Below are positions 38,099 to 51,436 of a stretch of 64,000 nucleotides of DNA, one piece after another; the first letter of the stretch is position 1; every line of letters starts with the position of its first letter. The notes beneath the pieces are model-generated. The model had not been told where the DNA came from. It worked only from the letters and a program-made list of their open reading frames with translations, and did not search any database. The DNA comes from Ostrea edulis (lineage: Eukaryota), in contig NC_079171.1 in assembly GCF_947568905.1 (NCBI RefSeq), positions 22,258,001-22,322,000 of the forward strand, written 5' to 3'. The position numbers were made by a program, and so were the translations under genes.

Positions 38099-38759
38099 TG
38101 ATGGGGTTTCTAACTGTTTTTGGCAATGTTGGTTTTTCTTATACAAACATCACATTCTGCTTGCTGCAATGTAATTCAAAATTACAAGTTTAATGATTTT
38201 GTACAAATTCTAAAGAATATTGCATTGAAAGAAAATTACATGTATAACCTGATCCATAAATCAGAGGGAACATAAATACAGCTTCCCTTAACTGTTAATT
38301 CATATATAATTCAAAATAGTATCCATCATGCTGCATAGCATATCATTTAGCTCATAATATAGATAATTTGTTCCAAGTAAATCACTGTAAACCAACTTTT
38401 ATTCAAGTGTGAGAAAATTTCGCAAGATTCGTGAGAACTTAATAGTCGGAAATTTATCGTCAGTTCATCACAAACCAGTCCTTGAATGTCTGTCATAGGC
38501 TTGAAAAAGGCTCAATCGCGAAAATTACTTGCCGTGAACCAGTTTACCACAGGTGAATCGTGAAATAAAGTAGCAGCGAATTTACAGTATATCAAAAGAG
38601 TCAAAAGTAAATCAAAAGTATATATCGCATACTAGTCCAAATTAACAAAATTAATTATTCATTCAATTAAAACATGTCTTGTCTAGTAAATTAATTTTCC
38701 TGTTTATGTAGATATCCTCTCAGTCTGATTCTACTGGTAAAGATCACTATTATTCCCAT

Positions 38760-39012
38760 GGAGATCCATGTTAGAATAGGTCCTCAGTACTTGCTTTTCA
38801 TAAGAGGTGACTAAATGGGATGGTCATTCGGATGAGATTGCAAAAACAGTGACCCCGTGTCACAGGTTTGGCACAATAAAGGTCCCTCCCTGCTCAAAGG
38901 CTGTAAGCACCAAGCATAGGTCTAAATTTTGCAACCCTTCACCGGCAGTGGTGACATACGTCTCCATATGAGTGAAAGATTCTCGAGTGGGACATGAAAC
39001 AATATACAACCA
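38760..39012 (+). mobile_element. 5'-truncated SINE with (caac)n tail
   Basis: Homologous to 57330-57645 and the reverse complement of 23010-23235. Confidence 0.75.
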
Positions 39013-39227
39013 ACCAACCATAACTATATTATATTAATTTTCAATTTCACATTGGCAAAAGAAAAAGATGGTACTCAGATAACTCTAGCATGCATTATAA
39101 AATACTATCATAAATAATAATAATTAAATGTCTAAAAGTGGGCAAAAAAACCCAATCACATCAATGGTGATGGATGGAATCAACTTTCATCTTTAAAACT
39201 AAATTGCTTTCCATATGTTCTTTTTAA

Positions 39228-39746
39228 AGGGACTGGTTCACGATTTTTGAAAAAATATTTTTCACTTTATATGTTAAACATCAAAAATATTATAAATCAT
39301 TTAATGTTGACAGCCAAAATTTTGACCTTCTGAATGCAAGAATAAAAGCAATATTTTAGCCTTAAATCTGTGTTATGTAAACAAAGACTCGAGTCTTTTT
39401 ATGTATGCAAACAAACTAGTGAAATATTAATTTTGTAATATAAAACATCTCAATTTTGCAGTCACAAATTTTAACATTTAGATGACACATTTTACCCAAA
39501 GAATGTTCCATATGTGAAAGATATAATAAACTTAAATCAATATCCATTTCTTCTAAAAATTTCGTAATTATAACATACCACAATCTTCGTTTACAAAACA
39601 AATAATAAACTCTCTAAAATGAGCTTCTGTGATAATGTATAACCTTAATTTTTATGTAAAATCTTGTAAACACATTAGACAGTAGATTTTAATCATTAAA
39701 AGTGAAAAACACAATTTTGCATGGGGAAAATCGTGAATCAGTCCCT
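39228..39746. mobile_element. Kolobok-like MITE (519 bp)
   Basis: 19-bp TIR AGGGACTG(G/A)TTCACGATTT; TTAA at 39224-39227 and 39747-39750. Confidence 0.8.
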
Positions 39747-40075
39747 TTAAGGTGTATGAAAGCCCCAGGGGCCATTTTATTTATTACCTCTTACAACTTA
39801 TTTGTTATATTTTTTTTGTTACAACTTATTTATTATAATTAATTAGTAGGGCTTCTGTATAGGTAGACCTAACAGACAAAAGTTTTTTCAAGTATGTTTT
39901 TACGTTTAGAGGTCATATCAGGTGTGTAGCAGCCAGGAAAGAAAATTAAGTGCACGCAAAATTGCGGCAAGGGGTCTTGAAGCCAAGTGGCTCCAGGGCA
40001 GAACCTTTGTGGGGTCCAGGGGTGAAGCTCCTGGGTTTTACCAATGAGATCACCTATTTTTTGTGCATATAAAAA

Positions 40076-41140
40076 CAGGGTTGGCAAAAAAGTGGTCAAT
40101 ATGAGTATTGACCGGGCCGGTGGTCAATACTGGTTAAAACCGGTCAATACTGGTCAATAGTGGTCAATACTGGTTGATTGAAAATTGTTTGGTCATTATA
40201 GTCTGTGTTGTTGGTTATTTTAAATGTTTCAGTGGCCATTATGGTAAATACTGTAATTCATAACATGCACTATCAGTTTATAATATACTTGCAAGTCATA
40301 ATATTAAATAAATAATGTAAATGACTCAATTAAATAGGGGAAGATATAAAAGTTTATTGTAAAAATTAAAAACTGTTTCGTGGCCGTATTACTTTGGCAC
40401 TGACAACAGCATTGCAGTCTTTACATCTTGCTGTGGTCTTGTTGTTGTCCTCAACAATATCATAGAAATTCCAAAATGTTTTGTTGAAGCCATAGATAGT
40501 ATGATGGGGGAAGTGTTTTCTATTTCTATTCAAATTCTTTAGTTTATCAAGAACTACCTATTGTTTCAAATCTTCATTTAACTGTTAAATAAACATTTTA
40601 GGGGGTGTGCTGGTGATGTTTTCATAACAATAACATGTACACTGGTCCTCTCTGGTCCCAGAGTATGCTAATTAACATCTGTCAACTCTGTTTCCTGTGC
40701 TCAGGTACATCTCCTGCTCTGTACATTGCAACACATTGTTTATCTACAGCATCAGTCACCCAATTCATATTAAATCACTGTGTTTATTTAATGTCCTGTT
40801 ATTCTTAATCTGTCCAGGTACATGTATAAGAAGATCCTATTGTCTAGTTATGCTATATGTGACCCTCTTTTATAGTTCTGAAGATATTATGGTCACAGTT
40901 TCAGCAAACCAAATATATTAAACTTATGAAATTACATCTAATTATATAATGAAAATTATTGATGACCAATTGATCCATATATCATAATGAAAAGGCTTAA
41001 TTTATCTTTGCAAAAAATATGCAAAAATAGGAAAATGGACAGTTTAAATCTCAATTGACCAGTATTGACCACTTAGGGAGTATTGACCGGGATGGTTAAA
41101 ACCAGTTAAAACCGGGGGCGGTTTTAACCGCCCAACCCTG
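40076..41140. mobile_element. hAT non-autonomous element (1065 bp)
   Basis: Ends CAGGGTTGG / CCAACCCTG; 8-bp TSD TATAAAAA at 40068-40075 and 41141-41148; subterminal ggtcaatac repeats. Confidence 0.85.
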
Positions 41141-42750
41141 TATAAAAACAGGGTTTATTAACTTCCAAAATAAAAAGAATTCACAAATTTATTTTCTAAC
41201 ACATTTTCTGATGCCAACTCACCATGTGTACTTAGACTCAGTGATTTTTCTACATTTTTTACAAGGGTTCTGTGGATTTCGAATTGGGAAAAATCAATTT
41301 TATCGTAAATAAGTTTTGAAATCACATTAAACATTAATTATCTTTATTTTACACATCTAATTTTCTTTAACCTTCTAAAATTTTCAACTATTCTATCCAA
41401 ATCATCATTCCCATACCCAAATTTATATTCCGGGAGATGTTTACATCAGAAGCTATGCACACAGTTACATCATGGCCTCACAGTCCTCTCATACCCAAAT
41501 GTTAAAAATGTAGAAAAATCACTGTCCTCTCTTTTCAATGATGTATACGCAGCTGCACACTTGCATATTGGCGTAGCGCGCCTGCTCTGCATATTTAAAA
41601 AGGATCTTTCGTACAAACTATTACTTTATATGGTCAATGAAATGTTTATCTGACTTTTGCAGAACACAATTGAAGATCAATCAAACATGTGCTTAAATGC
41701 ATGTTAATTAATATACCTCCACAGTTGAATACACAACCAACGAGATTGTATTTGTTAAAGAAAACTTCAAAAGCATTAAAAAGACATTCACAAATTTTGC
41801 AAACTGAGAGTTTATATAAACTCTTCTGACTGTTGAATAGATAAATGTCAAAGAGCAGACACTACACTAACTCAACAAGCTGAGACTTATTTGTTAGGCT
41901 GTAAATCTTTCAAAATATCAAAATAGAAAAAATCAACATGATATATATGAATAGTATTCCCTAGTTTTGATTTCTCTTAAAAATTATAAAGCTTCATTCA
42001 TAAGAATATTAGAAATGTTGACACAAACATTACTGACTGCTGTCATAATCTCTTAATATTAAATATCATAGTACACAGGGAGTCTCACACAGGGATCCGG
42101 GGGTGCTTATGCAATACATGTAATACTAGATTCATGCCCTCTAAAATGCGATTAAGTTTTTCTCATATCTAAATATTTTTTCAATAATTGACCAGAGCAA
42201 TTATTTTACTTTGGACAATATAAGTCTAAACCGGGCAGTCAAATATGAGTTACGTGCCCGATCGGATAACGACCGAATTGTTAACCTTCCTATCAAATAT
42301 AAAATGCTCCATGACGTACACATATATCGATGCAACTCCCCTCGTATTTAACGCAGACGACATTTACTGAGGAAACCTCACTAAAGCGATATTTACTAAT
42401 TACATAAACTTACTGTTTATGAATGCAGGTCACAATAAATGCAAATTTATATTCCGGGAGATGTTTACATCAGAAGCTACGCACACAGTTACATCACGGC
42501 CTCAGTCCTCTCAACACAAATGTGTTGATTTTAGAGTTATCCCCCGTTACATTTCATAGTTCCGCATAGAATGTATTTTTGACTTTCTTGTTTTACATCC
42601 TGTTAAAGAAATGAAATAATACAATCATAACACATTACAATATCGTTTGTCAGAAATCCATTCAATTATTTTATATTTGATGACATCTTATGAAACTTTA
42701 GAAGCTCCGCAGAAAATTGTTTACAAAGGGGAATAATCGATCAAACCATC

Positions 42751-45700
42751 ATGGTAATGATATCTGAATTTGAAAATAAAAGTGAGAAATTTCTTTTCCT
42801 TCTTGCGATCTAACTATTTCTTTTTTATTTTACAGGCAAAGTTTTTCAGTCAGACGGATATAGACAGTAAGTAAATGCTTCCTATTTTCTCACCTGGCCG
42901 ATTTTCGCACCTGTAGATCAAGTGACCACGCCCACAGACGGCTAGCATACCTTGTATTATACCTTCTGTTGTAAATAAATCTGAAATACCTTTTATTCAT
43001 TTCCTTTAAAACTTCATAAAACAGCACGCAAACATTGAGTAGTTATGGTAATGGCTTAGCACTTGTCACTATGATATATATACATACAGTATTACATACT
43101 TGCCACTCTGTATATTTCCCTCTACATACTCCAGAAGAAATAAAGAAACTAGTTAAATATACTCAAGCTCAATCAACTTTGCAATATTTCTATTACTATC
43201 ATTACGGTATCTTTTTATGTCAAGTATGCAAATATTAATATGCATCATGTACATGTACATAGTCTCAGATGGGTGACTGTATTGTTCTCTAGAGATTTAT
43301 TGCATGAATGGGGAAAATAGATTTGTAATAAGCCTCGACCTAATAGCTTATTAGGATAGACTCCACGAAATAAGTAATTCTGTTTTGTATTTTGTGTTAT
43401 TGCTTAATTTGTTTAAAAACAACAACATCTGTATTGTTTTAGAGTTCAAGGAATGCTTCTTCTTCCATGCAAGGAGGGGGCACATTTCCCAGGAGCAGGA
43501 GTTGTCCCTTATAATGAGGTCACTGGGATATAGTCCCACCCCACAGGAGGTGTCCAAGTACTTCAATAAGTACAACAAAGGTAAATTCCAGCGCAGTCTA
43601 TGTATCACAGCGGAGCTGAGGTCTCACACAAACTGAGTATACATTTATACCATGATTGCTTTGATATATTCCTCAGAAACATGAAAGTTAGAAGAGAAGT
43701 AGGTCAGAGTTTTGGGGGCTGACCTTGATTTGTTCTCAGGTGACCCTGGGGGAGGAGATAGGGGTAGGGAGGGGTATATGAATCCGCTCGGAACCGACTG
43801 GTGTATATATATGGGATCCTTAATTTGCCTCTTCATTTTCAAACAATGCTGGGCTGCTTCAGGCCCTTATTTAATGAATGCATCACCTCTCACTTTCTAC
43901 CTTTGCCTTCATTAATTCATTAGATGCTCCATGTTTACATTATATATCGAAGCCATAAATGATGTATACTGTATATGTGTGTAGCGGTCGGCCGGGTTCG
44001 ATCACAGGTGGCCAGTTAGCTCAGTTGGTAGAGCACCTGACTAGAGATTCAGGGGGCCCGGGTTCGAATCCCGGTCTGGTCCGTTGCATTTTCTCCCTTT
44101 CCTGTTACATGTGCATTCTAATTCTTCTAGATAAACACTCTATGTATACGAGTAATTTATTTAGAAAGGAAAATAACTCTGACCACCATTGGAAACCCAG
44201 TCGGTCACACATCTTGAGGTAAAAGAAGTGTGACTGATCGTGGATTTCCGACATCGAACTCTGACCAGCAGATGAAATACTGGGTCTGCAATCCAGGAAT
44301 TGTTGAAAGGGGAGGGGAGATTCTACCATTCATTTTGGTTTTCACAGGGGGGAGGGGTGTGCAGCCTCAAAATGCATCATTTATTTACATTTTTTTAGCA
44401 AAATTTTCTAACAAAAGGAGGGGGGGGGTCTGACCACTGGACACCCCCCTCCTTTCTGGATCTGCCACAGATACATTTGTTGATATGGTTAAACCTGACT
44501 TTGAGATTATTCGATATTTTCAGCTCAGTGACACCTGATTTATAGCCTTTCTGATCTCCTATTGTCTGGTGGTTACCTCTAATGTCCGTCCGTCTGTAAG
44601 CTTTACACATTTTCAACTTTTAAGAATCTTCAGGTACTGCAGATTCAGTTTCCTTCAAATCAGGACCCATGAATAGGATGGGACCTCATTAAGGGATCAA
44701 AGTTTTACATTGTTATATCTTTGAAAAAAAAAATTCTACATGATTATTATATAATTATATAATGATATGCAAGCATTCCAATGTAGTGCTGATTCATATA
44801 TGTGTCTGGGATTGGCTTAAATAGGAAATCAAAGTTTTACATGAGAATATATAAGAAATTCGTAAAAAACAATAATTCATTATTATATGTCACAGGGCCA
44901 CATTAAATCATATCAATATATGTAAATCTTCCTCTGAAGAGCACAGAGACTAAAATGACTTAGGTGAGCATTGTGGCCCGTGGTCAATTTATGTTGTTGT
45001 TTTTTTTCCTAGACAATAAAATAGAATTTGCCTCATTCCTGGAAGCAATGCACGACCAATCAAGTGCTGAAAATCCTGAAAAAGAATTACTGAATGCCTT
45101 TAAGTCACATGACAAAGAGAAGAGGGGTTATGTTAATGCAGCCGAGGTCCAACATATCATGATGAACATAGGAGAAAGACTGAGTCGACAGGAAGGTAAC
45201 ATTCAAAATGTTTCTCTTGAGTTAGAATTTATAACTCTGTTTGCCTGATCAGGATATAGGGCTCACGGCAGGTGTGACCGGTCGACAGGGGATGCTTACT
45301 CCTCCTAGGCACCTGATCCCACCTCTGGTATATCCAGGGGTCCGTGATTGCCCAACTCTCTATTTTGTATTGCTTGTGGGATTGATCACTGCTCATTATC
45401 TTCATCTTTCATTTAAGAAATAAATTTCATTTTTGAAATACAACTGTATATATACATGTATGAGACATGAATCTATATTTATGGTATCACAGAGTTCGGG
45501 TCCAAAATGGGCGTAGCCCGTGTGGGTATTCACTGAGGGTATGAACTGTGATACTTTACGCCTGGATTATTCATGCAGCATGTTAGTATGCCAGTGTAAA
45601 GCAGTTCAATCCCTTATGCATTGTATGTATTTTCAAAAATGAAATTATTTTTTATATTTTTATTACTGTCAGAGATTTCCCAGCTGTTAAAATAGTCGTA

Positions 45701-46813
45701 CTATTTTTATCAAGATTCATGTGCACATCATTCACATTCATGAAGGAATAGCTATTATATCAATTGGTAAAGATGAATGAATGAAGGCATAAACATCGGA
45801 AATGTATAATTTGAGGATTGTATAGTTGTCAACTTACCACACACACACTAAAATTGGAGGGTGACACTTGACATTAGACAGTTTCAATTCAAATTTTATT
45901 TACATAATCAACCCCACAGAAATTAATATCAATTTCCTTAAAACATATTCCTGTACAAAATGTTGGTATATTCCACACACTTGTTTATAATCTTGCCACC
46001 TACTTTCAGACTGTTAAAGGTAAATTGTAGACATGCTTGTTTGTCTGTTCGTACATTGTAACTCTAAATGATCTGAATATTGAATGAAGACCAGGACCAA
46101 TTTATAAATAATAGGACGGGACAATGAGCAGATCATAGCACTCCACAAACACATCTGTTATTTCAGGAATACTGCCATACTGATACACCCTCCCCCCTCC
46201 TAAAAATGTAATAGCTTTGAAAATAATTTATATGAAATGTTTGAATTGTGTTTTACAGACATCTTTGATGGATTTATGTATTAGATATAATTTGTTGAAG
46301 ATATGAATGTTTTGATAGATGTATATTTGTAGCCATTACATGAACTATTTTGTATTGAACACATGAATGCTTTGATGAATTTGTATATGAAAACTATAAT
46401 AGATTTTTACATGCACTCTTTATTGTTTGAAGTTAGGAAAGTTTTAGATTTTACACAAACTCTTTAGTGTTTAAAGATATGAAAGCTTTGATACATGCAT
46501 GTAGCTCAGTGACAAAATGTAGTGCCAAGCCAATCTGATTGAAGTCATGCAGCTCCTCGATCCGCTCTTTAGCAACAATATAAAAAAGGAGCTAATTTTA
46601 ATCAGAACGGTGGTAAGCTTGCTGGTCACTAAGTCTCCTATCCTTCTTTTATAGGACAAAATACAGGTTAAATACTTTGATTTTTCCACGTCGATAGAAT
46701 CCTTTCTGTTTGCAGTTGATGCTTTATTCCGAGAGCTTGGTGTTCAACCCGGAGGACAGATACGCTACAATGATTTCGTGAAAGCACTGCTGACTCCTGT
46801 TCCGGACTACTGA
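42751..46813 (+). CDS. CALML4: Calmodulin-like protein 4 orthologue (150 aa)
   Basis: Exons 42751-42753 (ATG|GT), 42836-42866, 43443-43580, 45013-45195, 46716-46813; protein MAKFFSQTDIDKFKECF...MRSLGYSPTPQEV...ENPEKELLNAF...DKEKRGYV...GERLSRQEVDALFRE...LTPVPDY. N-terminal MAKF-x-S-Q and C-terminal P-x-x-D-Y are CALML4-type rather than calmodulin-type. Confidence 0.85.
44008..44108 (+). mobile_element. tRNA-derived SINE head (A box TAGCTCAGTTGG, B box GGTTCGAATCCC) with short tail
   Basis: Cloverleaf-like but with an 8-nt anticodon loop and an acceptor-stem mismatch; related copies at 17170-17500 and ~48395-48470. Confidence 0.75.
45245..45410 (+). mobile_element. Penelope-like repeat fragment in a CALML4 intron
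   Basis: Matches the 7100-7322 repeat. Confidence 0.75.
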
Positions 46814-47344
46814 GTCCAGTCTTTTGGTCGTGTTATTTCCAGGACCACCACACAATCAAAAGTCGCCTGAAAGACAAATGTACATTAAAGAGGGAGACCA
46901 ATCTCCAACAATAGACTTATTCTGATCAATACAATGAAAACAATGCTTAAAATTCTGAGTACAATGCTACATGTTAACATATAGAAGATATATCTACATG
47001 TATTATTAGAGTATTTGAATGGAGTTAGATAAGATATTGGTTAAGTAATCCACAGCATTTCCACATGTATTCTGCATTTTTGATTTATTTTGCCCATACC
47101 GTGATTTAAAAGTACACACATGATTATATATTCAATATTAAAATTGCATTTGTGTATATATATATAACCTACATTAATGTTGAACATTGTAATCATGAGA
47201 AGTTGTGAGATAAAATGTAATGATTTATAGTGAATTCTATTTTTGTGTGTTTCGTGTTCTAGCTCGCCTGTTACTGTCGTGACTCTCCACTGCCAACCCT
47301 CATGATCGAGAAAAATGGAGATCTGAGGTGAGATCTGCCTTGCA

Positions 47345-47510
47345 TGCAGCTAGCCAGCTATCTGAAAGGGGACCATTGGTATGGACAATGAGCTAGCCAG
47401 CTTATCTAGAAAGGGGGCCCACTAGAGTGGACAATGAACTAGTCAGCTATCTGGAAGGGGGACCCACTGGTGTAGACAAAGCCCCACTGGTGTAGACAAT
47501 GCCCCATGAC
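47345..47510. repeat. Degenerate ~45-50-bp tandem repeat (agctagccagctatct.gaagggg.cc.actgg...gacaatg)
   Basis: Direct inspection, about 3.5 copies. Confidence 0.7.
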
Positions 47511-49363
47511 CTGCACGTAAATTAAAGGAACTGACTGACATCGATAACATCAGTGTCTGATAGTGTCATAAACTTCAATCTTGGCTTTATCTTTTGGACC
47601 AATGGGGATAGGGCTCTGTTATTCATTTGGTTCCTAGACTTTTGACATGTCATTGACCTTGAAATTTGACCTATTTTTAAAAATCTTGAACCATGGTGCT
47701 ATATCTTTTGAAATTAGGGAAATGTGGTTGAGTGGAGTCACACTTCCTGACAAGTTAATACACTGTCTACTGAATTAGTAGTCAATCGATAACAGGATCA
47801 TATCAACCAATGTTAATGTTGTCTTTGAATGAACTGCATAAAACTTATAAGATGCAGTTTACCATCGGTCAGGTTTTCAGTTGTGAAATTTCTTAAATAT
47901 TTTTACAGGATTTGTCTGCCTCTGACAAATAAATTGAAGGGAGAGATTTTTTTCTAAATATTAAAAATATGGCTTCACACAGCCTTTTTACTGAGAAGTT
48001 TCTTTGACGTTTTAAGTATTATTCTACTTTTTCCTCAAAATAGAAATTCTGGTGAATGATTTTTCAAAATAATTCAATTGAAATGGACATCAAAGATGAT
48101 GTGTTCTCTCAGCATGAGTCATGATTAATCGTACATCTGTGTCGATTAACTTACTGAATTGTCAATTGTGAACATCGATGGGTATTTGAAATAAATTTAC
48201 TGTCACAAGTAGGTCATCCATACATGTATATGATTACATATGTACACATAATTATGTAAATATATATATATATATATAATAGAGAGAGGGGGGGGGAGCG
48301 AGAGAGAGGTTGTAGTTTGAAAATGTTAATGAGTATATACACTATTACATGTGTAGTTCAAAGTGTAGTGTTCAAATTGGGTTCCGATACCGCGCTGGTA
48401 CCAGTTAGCGCACCTGACTCCAAAGTTCAGAAGGCCTGAGTTCGAATCTCGGGCTAGTCCTGCTCTGACAGCCTCTGGCACTGATAGCTGAAAATGTTTG
48501 CCAGGGGATTAAGATCCTTAGTTATTGTCTTCAAGGTGTGAAGACATGTTGAGAGGGATGGATGTACCCAAGGTACAACTTAATCGGTAATATACGAGAG
48601 TCCTGGTCTAAAGGTAGAATCCCGCTTTCGTGCGTCGTATTTTTCCTTTCTGTTGTAAATGTAAAATCAGGGACATGTGATATATGATTTATTGACCAAT
48701 TATGGACCCACAAGGGGCACATATACAAAGAACAGTTAAGATTTAAGACATATACAAGAGAGAGACACATGCAAAGCATACATGTATTTAACAAAGTTTT
48801 GATTACAATACAATTTAGATTGATTGCAATTTAAAGTGTATCGTAATCAAATCTATGTCAAATATGTCTCTGGTAAAATGTTTGATATAAATATGAAAAT
48901 TATTACTATACTTCTGAAACATATGCAGTGCCGATAAGCGGTATTCGGTATGAATGCTAAATCTGTACATCGATTTCAAATTGATGTTTGTATTCGTGTG
49001 CTCAGTATTGATGAAATTCATGCATTAATCAATGGTGTGTCTGACATGTGAAATGCTTTCTCTGTAATCCGTAACACAGGTACTCGACGTTTTAAATATA
49101 TGACCTATGATAAAAAAAATTATCTTCCTATAGTTTGTTTATAGGAAGACATTTTTTTTTTAATTATAGATATTTACAACCTCGAGTGCCTTTGATCCGT
49201 AATTCGTATTTTGTTCGATCAAATGATACTACATGTAAAACAGGAAGATTCTTTCTGGGGCTTGATAACCTACACACTCGCTGTAGAATTAGAGGGGTTA
49301 CATGTACATGCACGGTAGTTGTAACACCCCCTCCCCTTCCATTCAATTGCATGAATATCTAAA

Positions 49364-49395
<32 letters not shown>

Positions 49396-49609
49396 GTCCG
49401 TTTTGCCAGTTTGGACTCTGCAACCCCACCCCTTTCGCTCCTTTCTGGTGACGGAAAAGGAACAGACTTTGGTCGCAACCAATATCCCTTTTGAAAAAAT
49501 TCTTGATGGGATTCAATATATCATTTTGAAATCAAGAAATCACCCCTCTGTTTCAAAAGGACTTATGCTACTACATGTATGAACTTAACTTTTCAAACCT
49601 TTAAAAACT

Positions 49610-50470
49610 TAAAGACAAGAGACCCACAGGCCTTATCGGTCACCTGAGTACTAGTTAAAAGTATCAATACTCCTAAGGGCTATAAACTCTAGAAACAATA
49701 TCCTGTTCTGAATATCTAAGCTAAATTCTAACATTCAGCAACCGTATAAAACAAGATGTGTTCTTAAAACTTAAACGTCATCAATAGTGCATACATTGAG
49801 GAAAGGCTTCATATGATATGATAAATGTACAAACATTAAACAATATGACTGATCAGGACACATCCTAGAGTGATCAAAACCCTGGGTTGTGAAATTCACC
49901 TTTTTTGTACATTCTTTTCTGCTATTCCTAAATATCCATTTAGATTTTATACTGTATCGGCAAACTTCAAGTCCTTTAAATCATGATAATAATTTTGACA
50001 CCACCCTTACCCCAAGGATAATGACATTTACAATTTTGGTAAAGGACTACCTACTACTTCTAAATATCCATTTAGTATCAATAGCACTAAAGATGTTATT
50101 CATTTAAATGTTTTACACATAAACACTTATACTATATACTAAGTTTCGCCCTACCCTGGGGGTCAGAACCCCTACCCCGGGGATCATGAAAATAACCATT
50201 ATGGTAGAGGCCTTCCTACTCTACATCACTATGCATTTAGTGTTTCTTACACATGGTGCGGTTGTAGAGAAGAAGATTTTTGAAAATTGGTCAATTTTGT
50301 CAGTTTTTCCCCGGTCCCTAAGGCCACAGGAGTCCTGAAATTTACAATTTACCCCCCCCCCCCCCTTGTCCCAAAGATGCTTCATGCAAAAATTTGAAAA
50401 TAATTGGAATAGTAGTTATCAAGAAGTTAAAAATGTTTAATTGTTAATGTATGACGCATGGCAACGGACG
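49610..50470. mobile_element. Non-autonomous Helitron/Helentron-type (pearl/CvA-like) repeat; related fragments at ~44500-44900, ~52960-53250, ~58295-58710, ~59660-60910 and ~63150-63565
   Basis: Shared acaagag...ggcctta.cggtcacctgag start motif (49615, 59665) and (gtcc)/(gaca) microsatellite-plus-hairpin ends (44586, 58330, 63525). Family assignment from recall only. Confidence 0.45.
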
Positions 50471-51382
50471 GCAACAATTTTCAGGTGATCTAAAAATCTT
50501 CATCTTATTTTTGTGAAAGGTGGGTTCTTACATGTATATCAGAATATGAAGCAAATCTTATCATAAGATCGAGTCCCTCTGCTCTTCAGACATGCATTGT
50601 TTTTTACCGGTTTTTTTTTTTTTTTTTTTTTTGGTTGTTGTTGTAAATATGAGCCTATAATATGAATAAAATTGTGACAAGATGTCATATGGACTTGGTG
50701 TGCATGGATAGCTTAGAGAAACAGAGAGGGCGGAGCCGCTCTCACCCCTCCGACGCCCACCTGTATTATATAAATTCTCTCATTAAAAAAAGTTTCCATT
50801 TAATAAAGAATATTGTGCTAAATATGGACAGAGAATGGGTACCGGGAATAAGAAGACCTTTTGATCCGCTCCAGTAGAGTATATGTGAGCGGATCTAGCA
50901 TATAATTCTAATTTAGTTGACTAGAAGTGATCGGATCTATCATATAATTCTAATTTAGTTAGACCAGAAGGTATATGTAAACAAATATTATGGTGGGGAA
51001 AAAACACCCCTACCAGAATCAGGATATTCTTTTAATTTATGATTTCCACCTCATATCATCTATCAAAAAGTGGTGAAACACAAATGACTTCTATGACAAT
51101 AAAATTGATAAATTCTAAAATTTGAAATATCAAAACTGTCAGAACGAGTCCGCTTACTTTAAAACAATATGTGTAATTAATCGACGCCATTTGATTTTTC
51201 GCTACCAGAAAAAAAAAATCTATAATGTTGAATATTTAACAATATAGCGTTGAGGATTCTACTTTTATAAGAGGATGGTACGTAAGACTGTGTCCATTTT
51301 AGCAATCAGCTGATTCAAACACAACGCCACTGCATTTACAATTATCATAAATTTTAAACATTGATTTTTGCATTGCAGTAGC

Positions 51383-51386
<4 letters not shown>

Positions 51387-51434
<48 letters not shown>
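51387..51434. repeat. (GA)n microsatellite
   Basis: Direct inspection. Confidence 0.95.

Positions 51435-51436
<2 letters not shown>

Noticed and set aside
44008-44082. Functional tRNA gene
   Set aside because: 8-nt anticodon loop, mismatched acceptor stem, a shared non-tRNA tail and several diverged copies in the window indicate a SINE head.
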